Below, in pieces: positions 1 to 8,471 of a DNA stretch of 52,981 bases. Below the pieces are notes generated by a model. The model was not told the origin of the DNA and ran no database searches. It saw nothing but the letters and a program-made list of their open reading frames with translations. The position numbers and the translations under genes were made by a program. The stretch is taken from UHGV virus genome UHGV-1367038. The stretch is one strand, 5' to 3'. The stretch is from a virus. How positions within the stretch are numbered: the stretch's first letter is position 1; each line of letters starts with the position of its first letter.

Positions 1-2265
1 ACGCTTACTACCGATACGTCATATGAATTCTACTATGCAGGGGAAAATCAGATCACAGATCCGGCAAAAATAACCACGTCGGCACAGTTTACCGGGCGCG
101 GGTATCAGTGGACGTTCGGCGGCATGAATACGGGCCATACTTATTACGTTTATGTGCGCACTCGTAATGCTTTTGGTGTGTCTGATTTCGTCGAGGCATC
201 AGGTAAGCCAACAGAGGATTTTGACGAAATCACTGATTACGTTACAAAGGATGTAATGGAATCAGAGCAATTCAAGGAGATGATTAGCGACATTAAAGAT
301 CTTGGTGATCGCACTGATATTGTAGAAGGAGCTACCGAAGACCTTAAAATAGCTACAGAGGATCTTAAAGCTGACACAGATACACTTAAAAAAGACACCG
401 AAGACCTTTATAAAAAAGTCGAAGAAAACGCCGATGAAATAGGCAAACATGAGGTAAGAATAGACTCATTAGAGGTATCAAACGAAAACGTTAACAACGA
501 ACTGGCACAGGCAAAAGCAAGTTTACAAAACGCTTCGCTTGCTCTGATCAATAACTCGCTTGCTCAAACTAACACGCGGGTTACTCTTACCGCTCAATAT
601 AAGAAAGGTCGCAACGAAACAAAGGCACAGATTGACCGCATCGACAACGTTATCGCAGAGGAGAAAAAAGCGACAGCGGAATCACTGGAAACCATCACAG
701 CCGAAATAAATACGATAGACTCAAACATCAAAGGAGAAATAGCCCGCGTAGACAAAGCAATAGCAACCGAAACGCAGGCGAGAACGGAAGCTATAAGCAA
801 CGTTAACGCCAGTATCAGCAGCCTGGAAAACAAAACTGATGCGAGCGTTTCTCGTCTCGATCAAGCTATCGCTGACGAATCAAGCGCCCGCGCTCAGGCA
901 ATATCAGGAATCAGTGCGGAGCTTGGTCTTGTTGAAAATGAGGTTGATAAAAACAGCGACGAAATAGATCAGGCGAAAGCAAGCCTGCAAAATGCCTCAC
1001 TTGCACTTATTAATAACTCAATAGCGCAAAGCAAAATGAGCACTGTTATTGAGGCAAAATACAGGAAAGGCCAGACAAAAACAAAAGCGGAAATAGCAAG
1101 AATCGACACCGCAATAGCAGACGAAACCCAGGCCCGCGCGGAGGCTATAGCATCGCTTGAGGCAAATATTAATGAAAACATTTCAGCAAAAATAACGGAT
1201 GTCTCAACGGCACTCGCAACTCACGAGGCATCAAGCGCTGAAAAATTTGTCCAGATCTCGGCGTCTTTCGAAGATGTAAATTCAAGCATCACGGAATGGT
1301 CGCGGGCTATGGCAACGGCAGACGAGGCTTTATCAACCAAAATTGACCAGTTAAAAGTAACTATTGACGGGAACACAACAGCCATAGAGACGACATCGAA
1401 AGCGTTAACGGACTTTAAGGGGAATGTTGACGCATCATACTCTATTAAGATCGCGACAGACAGCAGGGGCGTAAAATACGCTACTGGTATGTCACTTGGC
1501 CTTACTGGTAGCGGAACTAACGTGCAATCGCAGTGTATTTTCCTCGTTGATCGCTTCGTGTTAATGACTGCGGCAAACGGTTCATATCAGACCCCGTTCT
1601 ATGTTACTAACGGCGCTTGCTACATTCGTGAAGCGTGGATCAAAGACGCATCCATCACTACCGCGAAGATCGCGCAGCAAATCCAGTCAACCAACTATAC
1701 ATCTGGTTCGGCTGGCTGGATGCTAAACAAAAACGGTAACGCGGAGTTCAATAACGTCACTGTTCGGGGTACGGTATACGCCACAAACGGTAAATTTACT
1801 GGTGAGATTCAGGCCACAAGCGGGACGTTTAAAGGGACTGTACAGGCTAACAAATTTGTCGGTGATATTGTGGCTATTCACACTTTCCCTGATTCCAGCA
1901 CTGTCTATAACTCAAGCCAGCGTGTAGCGCGTTTCTGTTATCGCTATGTGGACTCAACATCCGAAGGGACTTATAAAAACGTTATGTTCCAGGCAAGGTT
2001 ATCAGGGGCTACTGGCAACTCACAGATCAATACCTGGATAGCTGGTTCTCAGGTATTGGTTGGTAAGAAATACGGTAACGAAAACTCGAACGGCATGTTC
2101 TGTTTCGGTAGGGATGGTGTAACAAATCAGACGGTCGATGTTATTATCGAGATCTACACTCCGTGGTCAACAGGTAACATCACCGGGATTACGTTAAGTT
2201 GTCCGACTATGTTTATCGGTCGCAGTAACGGCACATGGTCGAAATGGGAAGAATCACACGACTAA
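1..2265 (+). CDS. J: Host specificity / central tail fiber protein J, C-terminal part (5' partial; continues from window end)
   Basis: Open frame from base 1; FN3-like segment (HTYYVYVRTRNAFGVSDFVEASG) resembles lambda J; long coiled-coil with internal duplication; C-terminal receptor-binding-like domain. Confidence 0.8.
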   Translation, partial: TLTTDTSYEFYYAGENQITDPAKITTSAQFTGRGYQWTFGGMNTGHTYYVYVRTRNAFGVSDFVEASGKPTEDFDEITDYVTKDVMESEQFKEMISDIKDLGDRTDIVEGATEDLKIATEDLKADTDTLKKDTEDLYKKVEENADEIGKHEVRIDSLEVSNENVNNELAQAKASLQNASLALINNSLAQTNTRVTLTAQYKKGRNETKAQIDRIDNVIAEEKKATAESLETITAEINTIDSNIKGEIARVDKAIATETQARTEAISNVNASISSLENKTDASVSRLDQAIADESSARAQAISGISAELGLVENEVDKNSDEIDQAKASLQNASLALINNSIAQSKMSTVIEAKYRKGQTKTKAEIARIDTAIADETQARAEAIASLEANINENISAKITDVSTALATHEASSAEKFVQISASFEDVNSSITEWSRAMATADEALSTKIDQLKVTIDGNTTAIETTSKALTDFKGNVDASYSIKIATDSRGVKYATGMSLGLTGSGTNVQSQCIFLVDRFVLMTAANGSYQTPFYVTNGACYIREAWIKDASITTAKIAQQIQSTNYTSGSAGWMLNKNGNAEFNNVTVRGTVYATNGKFTGEIQATSGTFKGTVQANKFVGDIVAIHTFPDSSTVYNSSQRVARFCYRYVDSTSEGTYKNVMFQARLSGATGNSQINTWIAGSQVLVGKKYGNENSNGMFCFGRDGVTNQTVDVIIEIYTPWSTGNITGITLSCPTMFIGRSNGTWSKWEESHD

Positions 2266-2269
2266 TACT

Positions 2270-2291
2270 AACCCCGCTACGGCGGGGTTTA
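2270..2291 (+). terminator. Rho-independent terminator-like hairpin after J
   Basis: CCCCGC-tacg-GCGGGG followed by TTTAT. Confidence 0.5.
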
Positions 2292-2373
2292 TACATATAG
2301 TAAACACATATTCGTCTGCGTAATGACAAAACGTTAAAATAGTATGGTTAATTAACAAGATGGAGTCATTGCG

Positions 2374-4149
2374 ATGATTTACACAACAGGCACGATAGCC
2401 GTTAGCGGAAAAACAGTTACCGGAACGGGGACTGAATTCAACGCCGCATTATCTCTGATCAGAGTGGGTTGCACTCTTATTGCCATTAGTAATCCGGTGC
2501 AGATTTTCTCAATCACAGAGGTAAAAAGCGCGACAAGTTTGTCAGTAACTCCGGCAGCAAGCCCGGCAATTCCGGCTGGAACTAAATTTAGCATCCTGCT
2601 TTCAGATTCGATCTCTGTGGATGGTCTTGCTCAGGATGTTGCAGAAACACTGCGTTACTATCAGGGCAAGGAATCAGAAATAGCTGACGCCGTTGAATTT
2701 TTTAGCGACAACAAAGATGTGATTTCAGCCTCAAAATTAGCATCAGAATCAGCTACCACTGCAACCAATGCGGCAACAACAGCGACAACCGCCGCCAATT
2801 CAGCAAAGACATACAGAGACGAGGCCCACGAATACGCCAATCAGACGGCGCAGCCTTACGCGTATGTTTTGCAGCCGCTGCCGGACGTATGGATACCGTT
2901 TAATGATTCACTTGATATGCTCACTGGCTACGGCCCTGGCACTAAAAAAGTAACCATTGATGGTGAAGAAAAAACAATATCATCAGATAAGGTTGTTTCT
3001 TTCTCACGCGCAAGCACTGCGACCTATATCAATAAATCCGGTGTACTCACCACTGCTGATATTGATGAGCCGCGTTTCGAACGCGATGGATTATTAATCG
3101 AAGGCACACGCACAAATTACCTTACCAATTCTAATACGCCGACGTCGTGGAATGCTAACACAGGCGTCTTAGAATTAACTGAATCAGGGACGGATAGTTA
3201 CGGCTTTAATTATGGAACATTTACATGCACAGCAGATGCGGCATCAACAGCGACGTTAATTTCGACAGGCACATCAAGAGTAATAGCTACCGCATCCGGC
3301 GAATCAGTTACTATTTCCGGGCGCTTTAAGGGTACTGGCGTCCGCGCACGGGCGCGTATCTCAAAACTTAATGAAGATGGATCAGGTAATACATTCATTG
3401 CTGACGCGCTTTTGGATCTTGATACAAAAGTTTTAACGTACGCCGCTAATTATCTATCTGCTTACTTCGTTGATGAAGGAAACGGATGGCTTTTCTTTTC
3501 CACCACGTATACAGCAACCGAAGATATTGACGTCTACGCACGCTTTGAATTATCACCAAAAACCGGGGAAACATTAGCAATAGGCGACAGTATCACCATG
3601 ACCACGCCGCAGTATGAGTCTGGTTCTTGCGCATCATCGTTTATTGTATCAGGTGACAATCCAACCACACGAGCAAGCGACCTGGTAAGCATACCGACTA
3701 AGAATAACTTATTTAAGCCACCATTCAGTTTTTTACTTGAATTACATAAGGAATGGACAACAGCGCCAAACGCAGCACCTAGAGTATTTGATATTGCAAA
3801 CGCAAGCACAGGACAATCTATTATAGCTGCCATTAACAGAGGTAGCAGTAAATTTTACGTTTCCTTGTCTAACAGTTCTGGTGATTACATCAATTCTGCC
3901 GCTGATTCCGTATTGCCAAGTAAAGCCATTGTTGGTGCGGTAGCTAAAGGTGATGATACTTTTCACGCGATCATGGATGGTGTGGCCGTTGCAGATGCAA
4001 CATGTTCTTACGGTGGAGTAACTCAAGGCAAAAACATCAGATTCGGCGGTCAGGTAGCAGACGGAGCGCGCCACTTGTTCGGACATATAAGAAATTTTCG
4101 TATCTGGCACAAAGCATTAACTGATTCTCAATTAAGCGAAATTGTTTAA
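2374..4149 (+). CDS. Side tail fiber protein with C-terminal lectin/LamG-like domain
   Basis: 591 aa; GGAG RBS; N-terminal MIYTTGTIAVSGKTVTGTGTEF typical of enterobacterial phage tail fibers; Ala/Thr-rich shaft; position after J. Confidence 0.6.
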   Translation: MIYTTGTIAVSGKTVTGTGTEFNAALSLIRVGCTLIAISNPVQIFSITEVKSATSLSVTPAASPAIPAGTKFSILLSDSISVDGLAQDVAETLRYYQGKESEIADAVEFFSDNKDVISASKLASESATTATNAATTATTAANSAKTYRDEAHEYANQTAQPYAYVLQPLPDVWIPFNDSLDMLTGYGPGTKKVTIDGEEKTISSDKVVSFSRASTATYINKSGVLTTADIDEPRFERDGLLIEGTRTNYLTNSNTPTSWNANTGVLELTESGTDSYGFNYGTFTCTADAASTATLISTGTSRVIATASGESVTISGRFKGTGVRARARISKLNEDGSGNTFIADALLDLDTKVLTYAANYLSAYFVDEGNGWLFFSTTYTATEDIDVYARFELSPKTGETLAIGDSITMTTPQYESGSCASSFIVSGDNPTTRASDLVSIPTKNNLFKPPFSFLLELHKEWTTAPNAAPRVFDIANASTGQSIIAAINRGSSKFYVSLSNSSGDYINSAADSVLPSKAIVGAVAKGDDTFHAIMDGVAVADATCSYGGVTQGKNIRFGGQVADGARHLFGHIRNFRIWHKALTDSQLSEIV

Positions 4150-4159
4150 GGTGGTTAGC

Positions 4160-4426
4160 ATGAAAGACGTTAGCTTGCAATTTACTGATAAACAGCAATA
4201 CAACGACATTGTGATTAACAGCGGCTGGCTGGACGAAAATCAGCAAACCGTGTTTATTGATGATATTGGTTTTGTTCTTGTATTCGATGATCCAGAAAGC
4301 GACACGCCTGTACTGATTGAGAAAAAAGGCTATTACGTCAACATGCGCATAACTGGTGACGATGTTGATTTGTCGCCGCTGGAAAAATTCATCATTCCAG
4401 ATCCCGGCGTCCGCGCATGGGCTTAA
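4160..4426 (+). CDS. Hypothetical protein downstream of tail fiber
   Basis: ATG with AAGGTGG RBS; 88 aa; the listed ORF start at 4142 is a TTG. Confidence 0.5.
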   Translation: MKDVSLQFTDKQQYNDIVINSGWLDENQQTVFIDDIGFVLVFDDPESDTPVLIEKKGYYVNMRITGDDVDLSPLEKFIIPDPGVRAWA

Positions 4427-4470
4427 TGGTGCGATAGTAACAGCATGGTGATGTTGAAGACATCGCCGCG

Positions 4471-4500
4471 AAACGAGGCTAACGCCTCGTTTCTTTTTGT
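4471..4500 (+). terminator. Rho-independent terminator
   Basis: AAACGAGGC-taac-GCCTCGTTT then CTTTTTGT. Confidence 0.7.
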
Positions 4501-4519
4501 GTACCAAATAGTGACCAAA
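4499..4519. repeat. Arm-type direct repeat copy 1 (GTGTACCAAATAGTGACCAAA), candidate integrase arm site in attP
   Basis: 19/21 identical to copy at 4740..4760; flanks int. Confidence 0.45.
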
Positions 4520-4702
4520 TATCAAAAATCAAAAGCAAAAATAACGTAATACACTGTTTTATAAATGATTATTCGTTGCGCTAACCATTCCAGACAGGAC
4601 CAGCGCACTATGTTTAAAGGTGTTTAACTCCGTTCAATCTCTCCACTAAAATTACTTAAAAATCATCCGGTTGTAACCAAAATCAAGCGTCACGTTTCTA
4701 AT

Positions 4703-4731
4703 TCCGTACAATACTGTTAATATCCGTACAA
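4703..4731. repeat. Two direct copies of TCCGTACAA spaced 20 bp, inside attP-like region
   Basis: Exact 9-bp repeats at 4703..4711 and 4723..4731. Confidence 0.35.
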
Positions 4732-4739
4732 CAAAAACT

Positions 4740-4760
4740 GTGTACCAAAACGTGACCAAA
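4740..4760. repeat. Arm-type direct repeat copy 2 (GTGTACCAAAACGTGACCAAA)
   Basis: Immediately upstream of int start. Confidence 0.45.
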
Positions 4761-4774
4761 AATGGGGGTGCAGC

Positions 4775-5989
4775 ATGCTTACGGATACCAGGTTAAGGAC
4801 TATTGCCAACAAGCCATATGACGGCCCAGGCGAGATAGCTGATCGTGATGGCCTGTCAGCCAGGATAAGCCCAAAAGGGAAAATTACCTTTCAGTACCGT
4901 TACAGATTCAACGGTAAGCCAGTGCGAATGAAGATCGGCGAGTACGGGAAAATGAGTCTGAAAGACGCCCGCTACGCGGTGGCTGAATACAGGGAGTTGC
5001 TTACGAAAGGGAAGAATCCGGCACTGTGCGTAAAGCAGGCCATAGCCTTTGAGCAGGGCAAGCGATCTATATCCGACGTAGTGGAAGACTACCTATCCCT
5101 GCCGAACGTCATTAAGCTGGTGGCGTATAAAGAAGTAAAAAGCGCATTGATGCGCCACGTGGTCAACAAGTACGGCGACTACATAGCTGACGACGTAACG
5201 ACAAAACAGTGGATGGATATATTTGGCGAGATCACGAAGGCGGGGCACGCCGTTACGGCGGGTTTGATATTAAAGCGAATGAAAATCATCGTTAACAGCG
5301 CAATCAGGCGCGGGATAATGACTAACACAGCGATAAACAATATCCGTGTCGCTGACGTTGGCGAGCATTATGCGGTGGGTGAACGTTATTTATCATGCGA
5401 GGAGATAGGTCACTTCTGGCGCACTGTAGACAGTTCGCAGATCTATCCGCAGAACAAAATAGCCTTAAAGCTATTATTGCTAACAGGGTGTAGGGTTGGT
5501 GAATTGCAGAAAATGAGAAGGGAACACCTCGACCTGGATAACGGTGTGTGGACCGTTCCGGCGGCGGTGGCGAAGACAAGAAGTGAAATCAGGCGGGGAT
5601 TATCTGACTTGTCGATAAAAATGCTCAGGGAGGTTTTAACCTCCCATGAGTATGATTATGTATTCCCGCCAGTGATTAACGGCGGCAACAGGCCAGTAAA
5701 CGTATCAGTGATAAAAGTAGCTGCAATATTCGTGCGTAAAAGGATGGGCGGTAAATCATGGTCCTGTCACGACCTCCGCAGGACGTGCCGGACACACCTT
5801 TCAGCTATAGGTGTTCCGGTACATATTGCAGAAAAGATCTTAGGCCATTCATTAAGGGGAATACTGGCGGTGTACGACAAATATGATTATCTTGATGAAC
5901 AAAAGGAGGCACTAAATAAGTTTGCTGATTATGTGTTATCTTTGGCTGACGTTAAACCAATCCGATCAAAGAACTGCATTACGTCCTGA
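4775..5989 (+). CDS. int: Tyrosine integrase (P4-like, N-terminal arm-binding domain)
   Basis: 404 aa; N-terminal DUF4102-like arm-binding pattern; C-terminal HDLRRT...HSLRG...Y catalytic motifs; GGGGG RBS. Confidence 0.9.
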   Translation: MLTDTRLRTIANKPYDGPGEIADRDGLSARISPKGKITFQYRYRFNGKPVRMKIGEYGKMSLKDARYAVAEYRELLTKGKNPALCVKQAIAFEQGKRSISDVVEDYLSLPNVIKLVAYKEVKSALMRHVVNKYGDYIADDVTTKQWMDIFGEITKAGHAVTAGLILKRMKIIVNSAIRRGIMTNTAINNIRVADVGEHYAVGERYLSCEEIGHFWRTVDSSQIYPQNKIALKLLLLTGCRVGELQKMRREHLDLDNGVWTVPAAVAKTRSEIRRGLSDLSIKMLREVLTSHEYDYVFPPVINGGNRPVNVSVIKVAAIFVRKRMGGKSWSCHDLRRTCRTHLSAIGVPVHIAEKILGHSLRGILAVYDKYDYLDEQKEALNKFADYVLSLADVKPIRSKNCITS

Positions 5990-6159
5990 TAGCGGTACAT
6001 AACGCCACGCCCGGTCCCAAGTACGTCAACCGGGTCGGGGAACGGAGTTCCGTTCCGTTCCCATTTTTTACGCCATAAGTAAAACGTTCCCCTGCTAATT
6101 CCCCCAAGCATCCGGCAGATGGCAGGGCGACTAAGAAGGATTGTCCCGGTTTTATCCAT
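5929..6159 (-). CDS. AlpA-family HTH regulator / putative excisionase
   Basis: 76 aa; AlpA-like HTH (LLSRPAICRMLGGISRGTFYLWRKK); 3' end overlaps int 3' end by 61 nt. Confidence 0.65.
   Translation of the reverse strand: MDKTGTILLSRPAICRMLGGISRGTFYLWRKKWERNGTPFPDPVDVLGTGRGVMYRYQDVMQFFDRIGLTSAKDNT
6038..6070 (+). terminator. Terminator-like hairpin downstream of int, embedded in the AlpA-like coding region
   Basis: GGAACGG-agtt-CCGTTCC followed by ATTTTTTA. Confidence 0.4.
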
Positions 6160-6806
6160 TATTTATCCCCCGTGTATTCAACGTGTCCGATACATCCGTC
6201 TATAATAGCTTGCGCCATGTTGCGATAATCACGCGAATAATCATTATCACGATTGAAATTTATTTCTCCTGCTGCGTCTTCACCAATAACCTTAGTAGCC
6301 AGTGCAAACGCAATTTGCGCCAGTGCTTTTTCTTTCGGATCTATCCAGCGGCGATACCTAAAACGGTTCCATCTTGCTGTTTCTTCACATTTTCCAGTCC
6401 TTCTAACAAATATCCCTATTTCATCGCCAGTAAAAATATATTTGGCTACGCAGTATACAGGCGCAAAGTCACCTGGGTAAAATTCGAGCCATACATCTAA
6501 CGGCGGTCTTTCCCCTGGCTGCCATTCCTCGACTTTTGGTTTATCACAATCATGGCGCTCATCTTCGATTAACTCGTCAATGATTTCACTTTCTTTATTC
6601 ATGCCATCATCATCAATGTTTTTATATTCTTCAAAAACCCATGAAGCCGCCATTACTGAATAAGTGCCGCCAGTATCAGCGCGAACGCCCAAAAGGAAAG
6701 ATGATCCATATTGGTATTCGCTGCGGTATGTAGCAACCTCAAAAGAAGGGTAAAAGTCCGGATCTACACGATGTCGAATTATGCCAATTGCTTTAAGTTT
6801 ATTCAT
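6159..6806 (-). CDS. Hypothetical protein
   Basis: 215 aa ORF; GAGGGT RBS; stop overlaps the AlpA-like start. Confidence 0.6.
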   Translation of the reverse strand: MNKLKAIGIIRHRVDPDFYPSFEVATYRSEYQYGSSFLLGVRADTGGTYSVMAASWVFEEYKNIDDDGMNKESEIIDELIEDERHDCDKPKVEEWQPGERPPLDVWLEFYPGDFAPVYCVAKYIFTGDEIGIFVRRTGKCEETARWNRFRYRRWIDPKEKALAQIAFALATKVIGEDAAGEINFNRDNDYSRDYRNMAQAIIDGCIGHVEYTGDK

Positions 6807-6821
6807 TTTGTTTACCCTCAG

Positions 6822-6998
6822 TTACGCCACAGTTACATTGTCAACCTTGATATAATATTCAGGGTTGTTTTCTATTTCAGATTTAAACTTAGAAAAACAT
6901 TCGCGCCACTCATTTGCTGGTCTACTAAAATAATAAACTGTATGGTTTTCTATTTTGTACAGGATACCAGTAACCTTAGCTTTGTAATAACTCACCAT
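6822..6998 (-). CDS. Small hypothetical protein (58 aa)
   Basis: ATG 2 nt after NinB stop; GGGGG RBS; MVSYYKAKVTGILYKIEN... Confidence 0.4.
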   Translation of the reverse strand: MVSYYKAKVTGILYKIENHTVYYFSRPANEWRECFSKFKSEIENNPEYYIKVDNVTVA

Positions 6999-7000
6999 TA

Positions 7001-7429
7001 CTACCCCCAGCGCTTTATGAATTCCTCGTTTAATTTAGTATCACCTGACCATTGAACACCATGTTCAGCGCCGAACGAGTAGATCAGTTCGATTAGTTCG
7101 CTGAATTCTGATTTACTCATCCTGCTAGTCGATGTTCCCAATACAACGAAGCCTGATTTATCCAGGTTAGGCACGACGCCATATTTCTTAAGCCCGGCAG
7201 TAAATACCGCTTTCCAGTCATCCGGCGACAGCTTCTTGCCGTACCAATTAACCTGATCGCTAACGTCTGTTAGCAGCGCCCAAAGCAATGCATTTTGGCT
7301 TAGCGAGCGGGTTTTCTCCTGAATGGTAATTATCAGCGGGCTTTTGCTATCAGGCTGGATCTCCCTTATCTGCCTGATAGCGTTTTCTTTTACTGCGTCG
7401 TTTACTATTTCAAATCTTATTTGCCTCAT
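7001..7429 (-). CDS. ninB: NinB/Orf-family recombination protein
   Basis: 142 aa; resembles lambda NinB along its length (VVPNLDKSGFVVLGTSTSRM..FSELIELIYSFGAEHGVQWS). Confidence 0.8.
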   Translation of the reverse strand: MRQIRFEIVNDAVKENAIRQIREIQPDSKSPLIITIQEKTRSLSQNALLWALLTDVSDQVNWYGKKLSPDDWKAVFTAGLKKYGVVPNLDKSGFVVLGTSTSRMSKSEFSELIELIYSFGAEHGVQWSGDTKLNEEFIKRWG

Positions 7430-7623
7430 GATACACCATTACTATTTTTCCATTGCGCCCGCGCATACATGATCGCCCATAAAGAAATTAGTCTTGAACT
7501 AGACATAAAATCGTTTTTAAGTTTTTTCATATCAATGACGACAGGGCGATCAGGATCATCTCCGCGCATGTATTCCGCAATCGTGCTCAGGTCTTCAACA
7601 GTTAAATCAAGTTCTTTATCCAT
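7426..7623 (-). CDS. Hypothetical protein
   Basis: 65 aa; stop overlaps NinB start. Confidence 0.5.
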   Translation of the reverse strand: MDKELDLTVEDLSTIAEYMRGDDPDRPVVIDMKKLKNDFMSSSRLISLWAIMYARAQWKNSNGVS

Positions 7624-7631
7624 AACTCACC

Positions 7632-7838
7632 TCACACAATGCGCATTGTGTTTCGTAATTCACCGCGCAGCGCCTGTAACGCTTCACGAATTGGAACAAA
7701 AACCCGTTTAAATTTTACGTGTCTGTACTTGCGCATAAGTGGAGGTGTATAAACCATCGCGCCGCGAGAATCGCACGGGAAACGGAAATGTGATTCATCA
7801 ATGAATGTTTCAACTGAATAAAAGATTACCCGTCTCAT
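7632..7838 (-). CDS. Hypothetical protein
   Basis: 68 aa ORF in operon context. Confidence 0.45.
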   Translation of the reverse strand: MRRVIFYSVETFIDESHFRFPCDSRGAMVYTPPLMRKYRHVKFKRVFVPIREALQALRGELRNTMRIV

Positions 7839-8392
7839 AATTCTAACCCCGTTTCGCTGTTAAGTTTTTCGATTTCAAATACTGGTTTATCCGGCAGCAG
7901 GCCGTTTTTTCTCCGGTATTCGTTAAGGCGGCTGTCAAAATCAAACGCAAGATCATTAGCGTGACCGAAGCGCCCAGGCTTAAACAGTGAGTAAAAATTA
8001 AGTCCGTGTTTATTGGTATCAATGCAAAGCGTTTCATCAAGGACCATTAAACGCAGAGTGCGAGAAAGATAATTCCACGGGATACCAGTTTCAGCGCTAA
8101 TGTCACGCATACGTTTTTTGACGCTGTAGTCACTAAATAACGCCGCCACACGATCACGACGTTGTGCATACAAATGTTTAATCCGATACCCAAGCAAGCG
8201 GCGGCGCGGTCCGAAATATGTATAGACGCGCTCTACAATACCGCTATCTATTAAGTGTTTAATTGTCTCAGGCAAGCATCCTGCTTCGTCATATTCCGCT
8301 GATAATCCTGTTTTCTGGCGTAACTGCTGCATTGTGTCGATGCCATCCAGTTCAAGGATGTTGATAATTTTTGTTTCAAGTTCAATGCTCAT
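7835..8392 (-). CDS. Hypothetical protein (replication module)
   Basis: Start taken at ATG 8392 (MSIELETKI..) with GAGG RBS; listed ORF extends to 8428. Confidence 0.5.
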   Translation of the reverse strand: MSIELETKIINILELDGIDTMQQLRQKTGLSAEYDEAGCLPETIKHLIDSGIVERVYTYFGPRRRLLGYRIKHLYAQRRDRVAALFSDYSVKKRMRDISAETGIPWNYLSRTLRLMVLDETLCIDTNKHGLNFYSLFKPGRFGHANDLAFDFDSRLNEYRRKNGLLPDKPVFEIEKLNSETGLEL

Positions 8393-8471
8393 TGTTTTTA
8401 GCCTCAATTTAAGCGCGAAAACAGCCACCAGAAAGCGGTAAACTTTCCGGTAAGCCGTTTGCTCAAGTTAA

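Noticed and set aside
262-1181. Minus-strand ORFs (262..450, 594..833, 969..1181) inside the J coding region
   Set aside because: Antisense to a long coding region with clear homology; low-complexity translations typical of shadow frames.
2379-4525. Several ORFs overlapping the tail fiber gene on both strands (2379..2594, 2768..2953, 3210..3398, 3534..4110, 4037..4525)
   Set aside because: All overlap the 591-aa tail fiber ORF in alternative frames; no independent RBS or start support.
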